A stretch of 63,779 nt of DNA, filler included, from Octopus bimaculoides (Eukaryota), in NCBI RefSeq assembly GCF_001194135.2. It is 5 parts of 4 records of this genome, joined end to end, with 100 filler letters (N's around TTAATTAATTAA, not from the genome) between each part and the next. Parts side by side here need not be neighbours in the genome. Positions count along the whole stretch, not along the records: positions 28,878 to 42,636 come from NC_068986.1; positions 42,737 to 50,716 come from NC_068996.1; 3 more parts are not named here. One strand, given 5' to 3'. A program made the translations under genes and the position numbers. The notes under the pieces are model-generated. The model saw only the letters and a list, made by a program, of their open reading frames with translations. It ran no database searches and was not told the DNA's origin. Positions within the stretch are counted from its first letter, which is position 1; every line of letters begins with the position of its first letter. Positions 37,584 through 49,994 of the stretch are shown here, in pieces.

Positions 37584-38096
37584 GTTAGATAGATAGATAG
37601 ATAAATAGATATATGCATACAAACAAACTTATGCATATATCATATACAAATACGTGTTGTGTGTTTGTGTGTACGTGTGTATGCGTGTGTGTGTGTGTGT
37701 GTTTATGTATGTTTGTATGTGTATAAGCGTAAAAATAAAGTTATTCGATGCTAGTTTGTAAAAAGAACGGGACATTTACTAATTGGAATAATTCAATACA
37801 GCGCTGAATTTAAGTCGAAGTTCATAAACGGCTCATTCAGCTGGTTGAATAAGCCACAAAGCGAAATTTGATGTCCTACTCAAGAAAGTTTCCCAATACA
37901 CATACATACATATATACATACATACAAACACATACACATATAACGTAAGGAGGGGCGTACAAAACCTAAAGATGCAGAAAAGATAACCTTAAGGTTATTG
38001 TTGTTGTGGTTGTAATAGTAGTTGCTGTTTGGCCTAAGTTGAACCCTGATTGAGAAGAGCTATCGCCTGACGCATACCAGTCGAAGGTACTGTCAC

Positions 38097-38170
<74 letters not shown>

Positions 38171-38377
38171 GCGTGCGTGTGTGTATATATATATGTATAT
38201 ATAAGTATATATATAGATATAAATTGCAAAAGCATTTCACATTAATAGAGAGAGTGACAATTAGAGATATCTAAATAGCTAGGTATATAAAGAGATAAAG
38301 AGACTGAAAAAAAAGGAGAGATAGCGAAAGAAAGAGAGAGAGAGAGAGAGGAGTGGGGGAGAAAGAGAAAGAAAGAG

Positions 38378-38415
<38 letters not shown>

Positions 38416-39048
38416 GAGACAATGAACAAAATTCAATGAAAGGGAGAGAGATGAAAGAAAAAGAGAAAGAAAGAACGACTCGAAGCAATAAATAGTACAC
38501 TCCATTAATTGTTATAGAAGAAATAAAAATAATAATAAAAAAAAAGCAATCTAGAAAAAGCAACAACACCAAAATCCCTCCTTCATCACATACACTTGAC
38601 AATAAATAAATAAAAACATAAATACATAAATAAACAAAAAATATCAAGTAAAACATAAATGAAAACCTACCACAGACCTATGATTGTCATTGATTCATCT
38701 CAGTGAAATGATCCTAAAGTCTCATCAAATAGTGATACAATAAAAAAGAATAAAGACAGGACAGTATTTTATCAATGGTACGCTTGAATGGAACACTAAG
38801 ATAGGTTGAGGACAGTGTGAAAAGATGGAGGGTGGAGGATGGAGAAGGGATATAATGCGAGGTACAGCATTGTTACACTGAATCACCGGAAGTTGATCTA
38901 AACAACCGACAAAACCAATAACCATTTGAATATTTATGAGAGGTGACAGATCTCAAAACACAAATGTGTATGTATGTATATGACAAAGCTTCTGCTAGCA
39001 TATGTATACGTGTGATTATACATACATCTCTCTCTCTCTCTCTCTCTT

Positions 39049-39079
<31 letters not shown>

Positions 39080-40049
39080 NNNNNNNNNNNNNNNNNNNNN
39101 NNNNNNNNNNNNNNNNNNNNNNNNNNNNNNNNNNNNNNNNNNNNNNNNNNNNNNNNNNNNNNNNNNNNNNNNNNNNNNNNNNNNNNNNNNNNNNNNNNNN
39201 NNNNNNNNNNNNNNNNNNNNNNNNNNNNNNNNNNNNNNNNNNNNNNNNNNNNNNNNNNNNNNNNNNNNNNNNNNNNNNNNNNNNNNNNNNNNNNNNNNNN
39301 NNNNNNNNNNNNNNNNNNNNNNNNNNNNNNNNNNNNNNNNNNNNNNNNNNNNNNNNNNNNNNNNNNNNNNNNNNNNNNNNNNNNNNNNNNNNNNNNNNNN
39401 NNNNNNNNNNNNNNNNNNNNNNNNNNNNNNNTATATATATATATATATGTATATATGCATATGTATATGCATGTATATCTATATCCCTCAGTATATATGT
39501 GTGTATGTGCGTGTGTGTGTCAACTATACATATGTAAGTATGTATGAAAACACACACTCGCACACACACACATACTTGCATACATAAAAGCCAAATTGGA
39601 GTATTTATTTTATTGTATAGATCTTGTGGACAGGTGTCACACATAAATAAAGACGAAGCAGAAATTTGCAATCAGTTATTTGCAAACAGCATTGCTAGAG
39701 GTAAGAATAGTAAAAAAACCCCATAAATGTGCTGATCTGATTGTCAACGTTGACGAGTGTATCTGCAAACATACTCCCTACCATACATATGTACACACAC
39801 ACATATATACATTGACGTACCTTTGTAAATTCATTTTTACTGGTTTAATTCATTGGACTGCACCCATACCGGAGCGTCGGCTGCATGTATTTTTGTTAAT
39901 TCTCAGTGCATATTTTAAGACGCGAAAACTTGTTTTCGTGAGAAAGTATATTCTTTCTTTTATCCACGATGAATTCATGGAAGTAATTATTTTCTTTTAT
40001 TTTGTGGGGAAGAAGTTAATATAAATCTATTCGTGTGGAACCTCTTCAG

Positions 40050-40077
40050 GCACCAACAACGTCGATTTAGGAGTGGA
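40050..40077 (+). CDS. Candidate 28-nt exon (G-TNNVDLGV-D)
   Basis: cctcttcAG acceptor, GTGAGT donor; phase 1 to phase 2. Confidence 0.4.
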
Positions 40078-40136
40078 GTGAGTGATCTAATGTACAGCGA
40101 ATACAGATAATTACTATAAATAAATCATTTGCGCAG

Positions 40137-40177
40137 CGAGGTCAATGAAAACTGGACACTCATATCGTCATCAGCAG
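40137..40177 (+). CDS. Candidate 41-nt exon (D-EVNENWTLISSSA-G)
   Basis: catttgcgcAG acceptor, consensus CAG|GTGAGT donor; phase 2 to phase 1. Confidence 0.5.
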
Positions 40178-40230
40178 GTGAGTCTATTATTTAGAGGTGG
40201 GTGTGTGTGTATGTATGCATGTACATATGT

Positions 40231-40553
40231 GGCACTCCGTCAGTTACGACGACGAGGGTTCCAGTTCATCCGTTCAATGGAACAACTTGCTCGTGAAATT
40301 AACGAGCAAGTGGCTGAGTACTCCACAGACACGTCTACTCTTAACGTAGTTCTCAGAGAGATTCAGCGTGACACAGAGCGTGACAAGGTTGGTCCTTAGA
40401 ATTACAGGTCCGACTCATTTTTGCCAGGTGAGTGGACTAGAGCACCGTGAAATAAAGTGTCTTGCTCAAGGACACAACGCGTGGCCGGGAATTGAACTCA
40501 CGACCTTGTGATCAAGAACGGAACACCTTAACCACCAAGGCACGCGCCTTCAT
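40231..40553 (-). mobile_element. CORE-type SINE family B
   Basis: Reverse complement of the 21628 copy. Confidence 0.85.
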
Positions 40554-40603
40554 GCACGCACTCACACACATACATACATATATGTGTATACAAATATGCA
40601 TTT

Positions 40604-40974
40604 ATCGTTGGATTCCATCGGTCACGACGACGTTGGTTTCAATTGATCCGATCAACAGGACAGTTTGCTCGTGAAATTAACGTGCAAGTGGCTGAGCACT
40701 CCACAGACATGTGTACCCTTAACGTAGTTCTCGGGGAGATTCAGCGTGATACAGTGTGTGATAAGGCTGGCCGGTTGAAATACAGGTGCAACAGAAACAG
40801 GAAGAAAGAGTGAGAGAAAGTTGTAGTGAAAGAGTATAGTAGAGTTCGCCCCCACCCCTGCCGGCGCCTCGTGGAGCTTTAGGTGTTTTCGCTCAAAAAA
40901 TACTCACAACGACCGGTCTGGGAATCGAAACCGCGATCCCACGACAGCGGCCCTAACTATTGGGCCATTGTACA
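40604..40974 (-). mobile_element. SINE family A
   Basis: Reverse complement of the 5488 copy. Confidence 0.85.
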
Positions 40975-41759
40975 GTACATACAGATGATCACNNNNNNNN
41001 NNNNNNNNNNNNNNNNNNNNNNNNNNNNNNNNNNNNNNNNNNNNNNNNNNNNNNNNNNNNNNNNNNNNNNNNNNNNNNNNNNNNNNNNNNNNNNNNNNNN
41101 NNNNNNNNNNNNNNNNNNNNNNNNNNNNNNNNNNNNNNNNNNNNNNNNNNNNNNNNNNNNNNNNNNNNNNNNNNNNNNNNNNNNNNNNNNNNNNNNNNNN
41201 NNNNNNNNNNNNNNNNNNNNNNNNNNNNNNNNNNNNNNNNNNNNNNNNNNNNNNNNNNNNNNNNNNNNNNNNNNNNNNNNNNNNNNNNNNNNNNNNNNNN
41301 NNNNNNNNNNNNNNNNNNNNNNNNNNNNNNNNNNNNNNNNNNNNNNNNNNNNNNNNNNNNNNNNNNNNNNNNNNNNNNNNNNNNNNNNNNNNNNNNNNNN
41401 NNNNNNNNNNNNNNNNNNNNNNNNNNNNNNNNNNNNNNNNNNNNNNNNNNNNNNNNNNNNNNNNNNNNNNNNNNNNNNNNNNNNNNNNNNNNNNNNNNNN
41501 NNNNNNNNNNNNNNNNNNNNNNNNNNNNNNNNNNNNNNNNNNNNNNNNNNNNNNNNNNNNNNNNNTTACACACTTATTTCCGTCTTCAGTGTAGTCTTGA
41601 CTAATGCGATAAGGCTAATCCATTAAAATAGTCAAGACTATTGAAAAGATTGCAAGACGCAACGAAAACTTTAGGAAAATAAGGAATAAGTGGAAATTTT
41701 GCCGGTGAGCGTGTTAAATTATAAGGCACAAAAAGATGATTCTCCCAAGACACAACAGA

Positions 41760-41808
<49 letters not shown>

Positions 41809-41934
41809 TGAGTGCTTGTGTATTTGTATGTGGTGTGGTTTGGAGTGTATGTGTGTGTGTGTGTGTGCGTGCGTGCGAATGTAGATACATACATGCGCAT
41901 GTGTATATTTATATCAACAAAAATGGCACCACTT

Positions 41935-42240
41935 CGGTTACTGTGACGGGTGCTCCAATTTATTCGTTCTACAAAAGAGCTTACGCGTGAAATTAACGTG
42001 CAAGTGGCTGAGCATTCCACAGCATTCCATCATAGTCCTCATGAAGATTTGGCATGGCACAGAATGAGATAAAGCTAATCTTTTGAAATTACAGGGGCAA
42101 CTCAATTTTGCTATCTGAGTGGATTGAAGCAATGTGGAATAATGTGGTTTGCTCAAAAATACAACGTGCTGCTGGGAGCCGAACGTGCGACCTCACAATC
42201 GTGTGTTGAATACTTTAACCTCTGAGCCACGCGTGTTCAC
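41935..42240 (-). mobile_element. Degenerate CORE-type SINE family B
   Basis: GTGAAATTAACGTGCAAGTGGCTGAGCA tail block plus eroded head. Confidence 0.65.
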
Positions 42241-42243
42241 ATA

Positions 42244-42402
42244 CAGGGTTGGCCAAAAGTCACCCGACAGTAAATCAAAATTCCATAAATACTATCTGTA
42301 ATTCTGTATTGACTCGAATAGAAAAAAATGTGTCGCTTGAGGACTTCATTTTGAACAATTTTCATGATGTTTCATATTTAGACGCTTTTATTAAATTCAT
42401 TC
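42244..42402 (+). mobile_element. Terminus of a Tc1/mariner-type element
   Basis: TA followed by CAGGGTTGGCCAAAAGTCACCC, a typical mariner-like TIR start; runs into a gap. Confidence 0.5.
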
Positions 42403-42412
42403 NNNNNNNNNN

Positions 42413-42456
<44 letters not shown>

Positions 42457-42550
42457 AGACATTCACGGTTTTCTGTCAAATTATGTTTTTTATGTTGCTA
42501 CTCCCATACCGCTTTACCTCCAGTAATCGCTATCGCTGTTAGATAGTTTT

Positions 42551-42594
<44 letters not shown>

Positions 42595-42602
42595 TGTAGC
42601 AT

Positions 42603-42633
<31 letters not shown>

Positions 42634-42636
42634 TGT

Positions 42637-42736
42637 NNNNNNNNNNNNNNNNNNNNNNNNNNNNNNNNNNNNNNNNNNNNTTAATTAATTAANNNNNNNN
42701 NNNNNNNNNNNNNNNNNNNNNNNNNNNNNNNNNNNN
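42637..42736. other. Artificial scaffold linker N44-TTAATTAATTAA-N44
   Basis: Same 100-bp format. Confidence 0.95.
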
Positions 42737-42789
<53 letters not shown>

Positions 42790-43461
42790 TGCTTACATAT
42801 ATGTCGATATGTATGTAGTACACAAATATGCATCCACGAACACACTCTCTTTCTCTCTCTGTCGCGCGCACAAAACATGTTGATATATTGTATTCGTGTG
42901 CGTTTGTTTGTATGTATATGTTTATGTGCATGTGTGTGTGTATATATATATATATGTTTATGTGCGTGTGTGTGTATATATATTGCATCAATATATGTAT
43001 ATATATATATATGTGTGTGTAGTACACGAATATAGATGTATGTATGTACACTCTCTCTTTCTCTCTTCCATGCGCGCACACACATATACTCACCCTCACA
43101 TGTATGTTTGTACGTATGCATGTATGTATGTATGTATGTATGTATGTATGCATGCATGTATGTATGTATGTATGGATAAATGTATGTATGTATGTATGGA
43201 TGTATGCATGCATGTATGCATGTGCGTATTATATATATATGTTTGTACGTATGTGTGTATGAATGAATGCTTGTATTTGTATGTGTGTGCATTTGTGAAT
43301 GTGACAACACAAAAAAAAAAAGCTTCAAAAGCAAGCAATATTTATCTCATTTCCATACGGCTATCCAGACATTTTATATCTGTATACATTTTCATTATTT
43401 CTGACTATATATTTTTTTCTTTCTAGCCTTATCAACATAGCAAATCATATACATGTATGTG

Positions 43462-43494
<33 letters not shown>

Positions 43495-44397
43495 CAGATA
43501 TAGGGCAGGGAATCGTCAATTAGTAATAAAATTAATAAATAACAATTTTGCCAAGTAGTTCAGTATGAAAAAACCTTTATCGGTAAAACCATTTATAATC
43601 ATAAATATACAGGGATTAGCTTGAGTTGCTTCTCCAACATACTGAAAATTTAGAAATAGCAGTCAAAGAAGTACTGATTCCAAACTACAAATTTTTTCTC
43701 TAACGGATGGCGATATTTATGGCACACACAGAACAAAAAACAGAAAAGAAAAGCAAAAACAAACCTGCCTTTAGTTAATTGGATACGACGTTTAACAGTT
43801 AAGAGTATGAAGCTACTCTATTCCGCTCTTCAGCCCAATATTCTGATAAATTTGAAAGTGTCTCTAAAAAAATTCACGGTAATTTTGGCCATGCGACACC
43901 AAAAACCAACGTTTGACGCTCAGGAAAAATGAAAAAGTCATTGACGTTTCGAGCCTACTCTCTTCGACAGAAATGATTTAAGAACGAAAATGTAGAGAGA
44001 AAGAAGAAAGAACGTGTGAGGATTAATGGTTTCACATGTTGAACTGGCTTTTTGTCTAAATCTTTTACTATAGCCCCCGGCTGACAAAAGCCTTGTAAGT
44101 AGGTTTAGAAGGAAACTCAAAGAAGCGCGTCGTGTATACACTTATATACGCGCGCGCGTCTATGTCTGCGTGTGCGTGTCCCACCACCACTCGAAAACTG
44201 CTGTTGGTGTGTTTATTTTCCCATTACTTAATGGTTGGGCAAAAGAGACCGGTAGAATAAGTACTAAGGTTAAAAGTACTAGTTCCGAATAGTTCGACTA
44301 AAATTCTCCAAGACCTTTCTCCAGCATAACTGAAATCTTATGACAGAAGCAAGTAAAAGATTAAAAATTAAAAAGTGTCACTATAATTAGCTTGGAG

Positions 44398-45628
44398 TTA
44401 AAGTATCTTGATGTGTGTCACTTGTGTGTTTTCACTGGCTGGCGGTTGCTCAATATATCGGATGAGGTTGACACCATTTACTTTATCTTCTAGCATTTTA
44501 TTGTTATTTGAAAGTCGGTAGAGTTTTCTGCCACAAACTTCCGCAACAACGTAAGGACCTGTGCGGCGCTCCGTATGATGCCTTCCTTTTCTGTCCTCTT
44601 GTGTTAAATTTTTGAGCAGAACTTTATTTCCCACACCAGACTGCTGTTTCTCGCGTTTTCTATCATATTGTTCTTTTTGACACGACTGCACTATTCTGAC
44701 ATTGCAGGCGTGATCTTTGGCAGTTTGGTTGTGCTTTAGCTCAGTTTGAAGTAGAGCTTATAATGGGTTAAAATTTGTAGAAGAATGATTGGCTGTTGGA
44801 TACGCACACAGTACTGCTGGCTAACATCCAGCCTAGTTAGAACCGTACTCAAGGGATTTGATAAAAACCTCTTTGCTTGAAGGTGATAAGTACTTGTTTT
44901 ATGCTGCTGTGTTCCAGTCAATTCATGGAACCCAGCGAAGTCTCTTCCTTGATTGTTCATCTGGATTTTTATACATCTGTGTCGACAAATGACATCTTCA
45001 AACAGAACTTTGCAACACTATCCGCAGTGTGACACTTTTACGGTTGAGCCTCTGGTCGTTTTGAAGAAGTAGTGACTTGCAACAACAATACAGCAATAAC
45101 CATCATCTGTTTTCAGTAGATTTGCGATAGGAACACGAATTTGGACCATCATTTCCCTTGGCACGGGAACAGGGTAACAAGATGAAGTTGCTCAACATGA
45201 ATTTTGCAAACAGAGTTAACTTTCTGATACCAAGCACAAGACAAAACGAACTTTCTGCTATTTCTGCCCACATTTTCACACTAAAACGTCTTTAAATTTT
45301 AGCCCTTGCTCTGTCGATACCGAGACGACGTTTCATGCGGGGGTGGGGGTGGGGCAGTATTATTATCTCCACATGTGAATTTTATACGCTTCTATTTATC
45401 AAGATTACAAATGACCAACACTTCTCTGTATTCATTTTCAGAACTTCTGAGTCACTCTTTGATCTATGACGATAACAGACATGGTCACTCCGTACAACAT
45501 AATGCTTGGAGAGCCTACATAGGTTTGTCTAGCAATTTTGGATATATGTCATCCATATTTGTTGCTAAAAACATTGCCAATATCAGATCAATGTTGTCAT
45601 CTTTCTCCTACGTACTAAAAGTTGCCAT
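44398..45628 (-). mobile_element. Gypsy-type integrase relic with no upstream RT/RNase H (Ginger/GIN-like)
   Basis: Frameshifted minus-strand reading gives ..YP.. N-terminus, zinc-binding remnant ..CAWYQK, SKRPEAQP, FEDVICRH..NNQGRDF, TSTYH and C-terminal YD..VG.KVLLKN..GPY..YRL..VNG (GPY/F module). Confidence 0.7.
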
Positions 45629-45756
45629 TTTTTGATTTGCTTCTTTCAAATTTCTTCGATTTTTTCAATTTTAACCAACTAAGTAGAAGCTCCAATTCTT
45701 TCTCTGTAATTTATACATCTGTACATAACGTGCGCGCGCGCGCGCAAGTCTGCGGA

Positions 45757-46092
45757 GACCCCCTTCGGTCATGACTGACCATGGGATTGCACCTAGAAAG
45801 TTACCCTCCCAGGCACAAGTCCGGGCAAGGTTGATTATGGAAGACCAACAGTCGCCCATGCATACCAGTCTCCCCTCTACACGCTACCGGTGTTATCTCC
45901 AAGGGAAAGGCAAAGGGGCCGATACAGCTTGGCACTTGTGACGTCGCAATTCATTTCTACAGATGAATGAAACTGGAGCAACGTGAAAAAAGTGTCTTGC
46001 TCAAGAACACAACACGCATCCCGGTCTGGGATTCGAACTCACTACCTCACGATCGTAAGCTCGACGCTCTAACCACTGAGCCATGCGCCTTC
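45757..46092 (-). mobile_element. CORE-type SINE family C (same head and CORE as family B, different tail)
   Basis: Head GGCGCATGGCTCAGTGG..GTTCGAATCC, CORE TGTTCTTGAGCAAGACACT, unrelated 3' tail ending GAAGGGGGTCTC. Confidence 0.8.
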
Positions 46093-46617
46093 ACACACAC
46101 AAATTACGCATACATTAATAGATTCGGCAATTATATCCTTTCATAGAAATTTATATTATAGATTATTCGTTTCGTCAATTAAATTTATAAGTTACAGAGA
46201 AAAAATAATAATGAGAATGATAACAATAATTAATGATTCTTCAATTTACCATCAGGACGACAAATATTTGGGGAATGATTTGAGGAGATAATCTGGAATC
46301 GTAAAAGGTTCAATGAAATGAGTTTCATATTATTCCGGGATTAATTTAAAACCAATTTCATCCTGCCCCATGGTAATCTGAACGCGACTTCAAGTTACCG
46401 GGAGATAAACTTAATGGAGAAGGGGTTTGTTTATGCCCCCCACAACTTATGCCCCGCACATATGGCCAATACAATAAGTTCCAGGCTTTAAAAAAAATGT
46501 TCTGGGTTTGATTTGTTCGATTAACTCTTCAAGGCTGTGCTCCAAGTATGGTCGCAGTCGAATGAATGAAACAAGCAAAATGATTAAAAATATAAGAATA
46601 TGTAATAGGCGTAGGAG

Positions 46618-46905
46618 TGGCTGTGTGGTAAGTAGCTTGCTTACGAACCACATGGTGCGTGGCACCTCGGGCCGACCAAAGCCTTGTGAGTGGATTTGGT
46701 AGACGGAAGCTGAAAGAAGCCCGTTGTATATATGTATATATATGTAAGTGTGTGTATGTGTTTGTGTGTCTGTGTTTTTACTCCCCAGCATCGCTTGACC
46801 GATAAAATAAGTACTAGGCTTATAAAGAATAAGTCCTGGGGTCGATTTTCTCGACTAAAGGTGGTGCTCCAGCATGGCCACAGTCAAAGGACTGAAACAA
46901 GTAAA
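46618..46905 (+). mobile_element. Internally deleted SINE family E (GGCGTAGGAGTGGCTGTGTGGTAAG head)
   Basis: Head, AAAGCCTTGTGAGTGGATTTGG block, microsatellite, AAGTACTAGGC..GGGGTCGAT tail; related pieces at ~17835 and ~44060-44345. Confidence 0.7.
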
Positions 46906-47052
46906 AGTGTAATATTATATATTATGAAAAATTGATGTTTATTTCACTGGTTTTTCGTGTATTGATAGATATGAATACATTAAAAAAATCCAAGCACACA
47001 CTCAAACTGAAACATATGCACATCATGTAGACAAACTCAAAACACACACACT

Positions 47053-47187
47053 CTGTCTGTCTGTCTCTGTCTGTCTGTCTCTGTCTGTCTGTCTCTGTCT
47101 GTCTGTCTCTGTCTGTCTGTCTCTGTCTGTCTCTGTCTGTCTGTCTCTGTCTGTCTGTCTCTGTCTGTCTGTCTCTGTCTGTCTGTC

Positions 47188-47225
<38 letters not shown>
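47053..47225 (+). repeat. (CTGT/CTCTGT)n compound microsatellite
   Basis: Direct reading. Confidence 0.9.
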
Positions 47226-47227
<2 letters not shown>

Positions 47228-47625
47228 ACACACACACCCATTTCAAGCTACTATTAGTTTCATGCTGGGGAAACACAATTGTCAGGCAAGCTTGTATAGC
47301 GTGGAATATATTTCCAAGTAAACTTTGAAACTCAAATATACCACACAGCTGGCATTTTTGCACAAAAGACCAGCATTGTTGAAAAACAAAACAAAGCAAA
47401 AACAAACAAAAAATACGAGAAAGGACGTGAGAAAGGAATAAGAAAACAGTGGAATGAAGAAAAATTTTGAAGAAAATTAAAAGTGAGCTGCGCCCCTTTG
47501 GACTGTTTGAATCACAATTAATGTAACTGATGTAAAATAAGGGACGTAACTCATTTTTTTTCTTTTTTTCATGGGACAGCTATCTGATGTGATGACTGAC
47601 TTTACTATATGTATATATATATATA

Positions 47626-48004
47626 GGAGCACTCCGTCGGTTACGACGTCGAGGGTTCCAGTTGATCAGATGAACGGAACAGCCTGATCGTGAAATTAAC
47701 GTGCAAGTGGCTGAACACTCCACAGACACGCGTACCCTTAAGGTAGTTTCCGGGGAGATTCAGCGTGACACAGAGTATGACAAGGCCTGCCCTCTGAAAT
47801 ACAGGTGCAACAGAAACATGAAGAAAGAGTGAGAGAAAGTTGTGGTGAAAGAGTACCACCTCCACCCACCTGCTGGAGCCTCGTGGAGCTTTAAGTATTT
47901 TTTTCTTCGCTCAATAAACATTAACAACGCCCGGTCTGGGAATCGAAACCTCGATCCTACGACCGCGAGTTCGGTGCCCTAACCACTGGGCCATTGCACC
48001 TCCA
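47626..48004 (-). mobile_element. Full-length SINE family A
   Basis: Reverse complement of the 5488 copy. Confidence 0.85.
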
Positions 48005-48005
48005 G

Positions 48006-48036
<31 letters not shown>

Positions 48037-48219
48037 NNNNNNNNNNNNNNNNNNNNNNNNNNNNNNNNNNNNNNNNNNNNNNNNNNNNNNNNNNNNNNNN
48101 NNNNNNNNNNNNNNNNNNNNNNNNNNNNNNNNNNNNNNNNNNNNNNNNNNNNNNNNNNNNNNNNNNNNNNNNNNNNNNNNNNNNNNNNNNNNNNNNNNNN
48201 NNNNNNNNNNNNNNNNNNN

Positions 48220-48278
<59 letters not shown>

Positions 48279-48541
48279 TGTATGTATGTATGTATGTATG
48301 TATGTATGTATTTTTATGTGTGTGCATATATGTATGCACGTGTGTGACTATAATTGTGTTTATGTATCAGTTGAGGCAAGTATGTATACATCTGTGTATC
48401 ATTGTACATGCTTTGTCTTCGTTATGCATATTTAACAGCTATTGTTACAACCTTTTGGGCGCCATAAATGTGTAATTCGTATTTATTGTGTTCTTAATTG
48501 TTTTTTTTTAACCATGATTTTCTTTACTCCTTTTCTTTTAG

Positions 48542-48612
48542 GTGGGTGGGAAGCGGATAAAGAGTGGAGACAGTACCGAATAACATTTGACGAAAGTCAA
48601 TTGAAACTCTAA
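48542..48612 (+). CDS. Candidate terminal coding exon (G-GWEADKEWRQYRITFDESQLKL*)
   Basis: Very strong acceptor ttttctttactccttttcttttAG; phase 1 start matches the 40177 donor; purine-rich, non-repetitive sequence. Confidence 0.55.
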
Positions 48613-48967
48613 GCAAACTATTGGCATACGAACAACTCACGAATACATATCGTCCTCCGTGGAATATTGTATGTATGCGTGTATGAACACGCTGAAATAG
48701 TAAACAGTTTTCTTTCTATATATACATCTCGACTCTGGCCAAATTTAATCTATTTTACTAAGGATTTTACATATTTCTCCATTATATATTTATATTTAAC
48801 GATGGAGTAATAATACTTTCATTTTATTCAGTCATTCACATAACAAAAAAACCTAGATTATTTTAGAAATGTTAAGGCGCCTGAAGTAAGACCTAGAAAA
48901 AAATGTCCATCTCTCCCACTTCAATACAGCGTGCAATACACCAATAACACACGCAGTCGATCTCAGT

Positions 48968-49405
48968 TTGATTATAGGCATTACCTACAGTCCTTCTGAT
49001 GCGATTAGCCACGGAGATCACTTTAGGAGTGTTTTGTCACTCGTAAGTCAAACCCTAAGTGAGGCTACACGACAGGCCAATGTTCTTTTTACAGGGGACT
49101 TTAATTTTTCTCATCTCAGCTGGTCTGATTTCTCTATCCAACCTGAAATGAAACAAATGAACAGGAGTCATATGAACACTCTCCTCCATATCGCTAAAGC
49201 CTTTGTCATGCAACAAGTCTTTACCTATCCTATTTGGGGAAATAATATACTCGACCTCGTCTTTACCACAAATACAGACTTTATTCACAATGTTCGTGTC
49301 ATCCCAACAGCTATTTCTGACCACAACATTATGCAATTATTTGTATATGGTTTAAAGAGGACGACACACACACAACTAACATCAAACATGACTCATTCCT
49401 CATGA
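48968..49405 (+). mobile_element. APE-like endonuclease fragment of a CR1/L2-group LINE
   Basis: GDFN, NNILDLVF and SDH motifs. Confidence 0.85.
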
Positions 49406-49509
49406 AAAATATTCACCATGTGTCAATCTGATATATTCCCTATGTACCCTGAGTACGTCAAATTGACTTTGTTTTTTTTTCCTGATTATTTTTCTTTCTG
49501 TTTGTTCTT

Positions 49510-49870
49510 GAATTTGTCCATCTCCCTACGCTCTCACGAATCTTCGACATCCCTTCCAACGATGATTTTGCGTACTTAATTGGTGGATCACCTTTTACAT
49601 TTGGATCATGTGACACATTTCAATTCCCTCGGAATACGTCGATTCTCTAACGTTGATTGTAAATCGTCTGCGGTTTTTACACCTTCTTTCTCCTTCCCAA
49701 CATCGCTCCTTTCTTTGCCTCCAACTCGCGCACTTCTTTCTATAAATCTATTTCTTTACCCTGCCTGTTGAACCCTTAGCTCCTTCCTCCCTTTCCGCTT
49801 CATTGGAATCTTTTTTTCGCTCCGACGAATAGACATGTTCGAAACGTCATCTTTTCACTCCTATTTTTCG
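49510..49870 (+). mobile_element. Probable decayed PLE 3' end with hammerhead-like motif
   Basis: CCGACGAATAGACATGTTCGAAACGTC at 49822-49848 after a pyrimidine-rich tract. Confidence 0.4.
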
Positions 49871-49959
49871 ATTAAAAACTTTCATCGAATATCAGCCTAA
49901 TATAAATGCATAAGTATATATATACACACACAAACACACATACACATGTATATTTAAAT

Positions 49960-49994
<35 letters not shown>

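Noticed and set aside
39907-39945. 39-nt exon candidate (AYFKTRKLVFVR)
   Set aside because: Weak GTATAT donor, and its phase does not fit between its neighbours.
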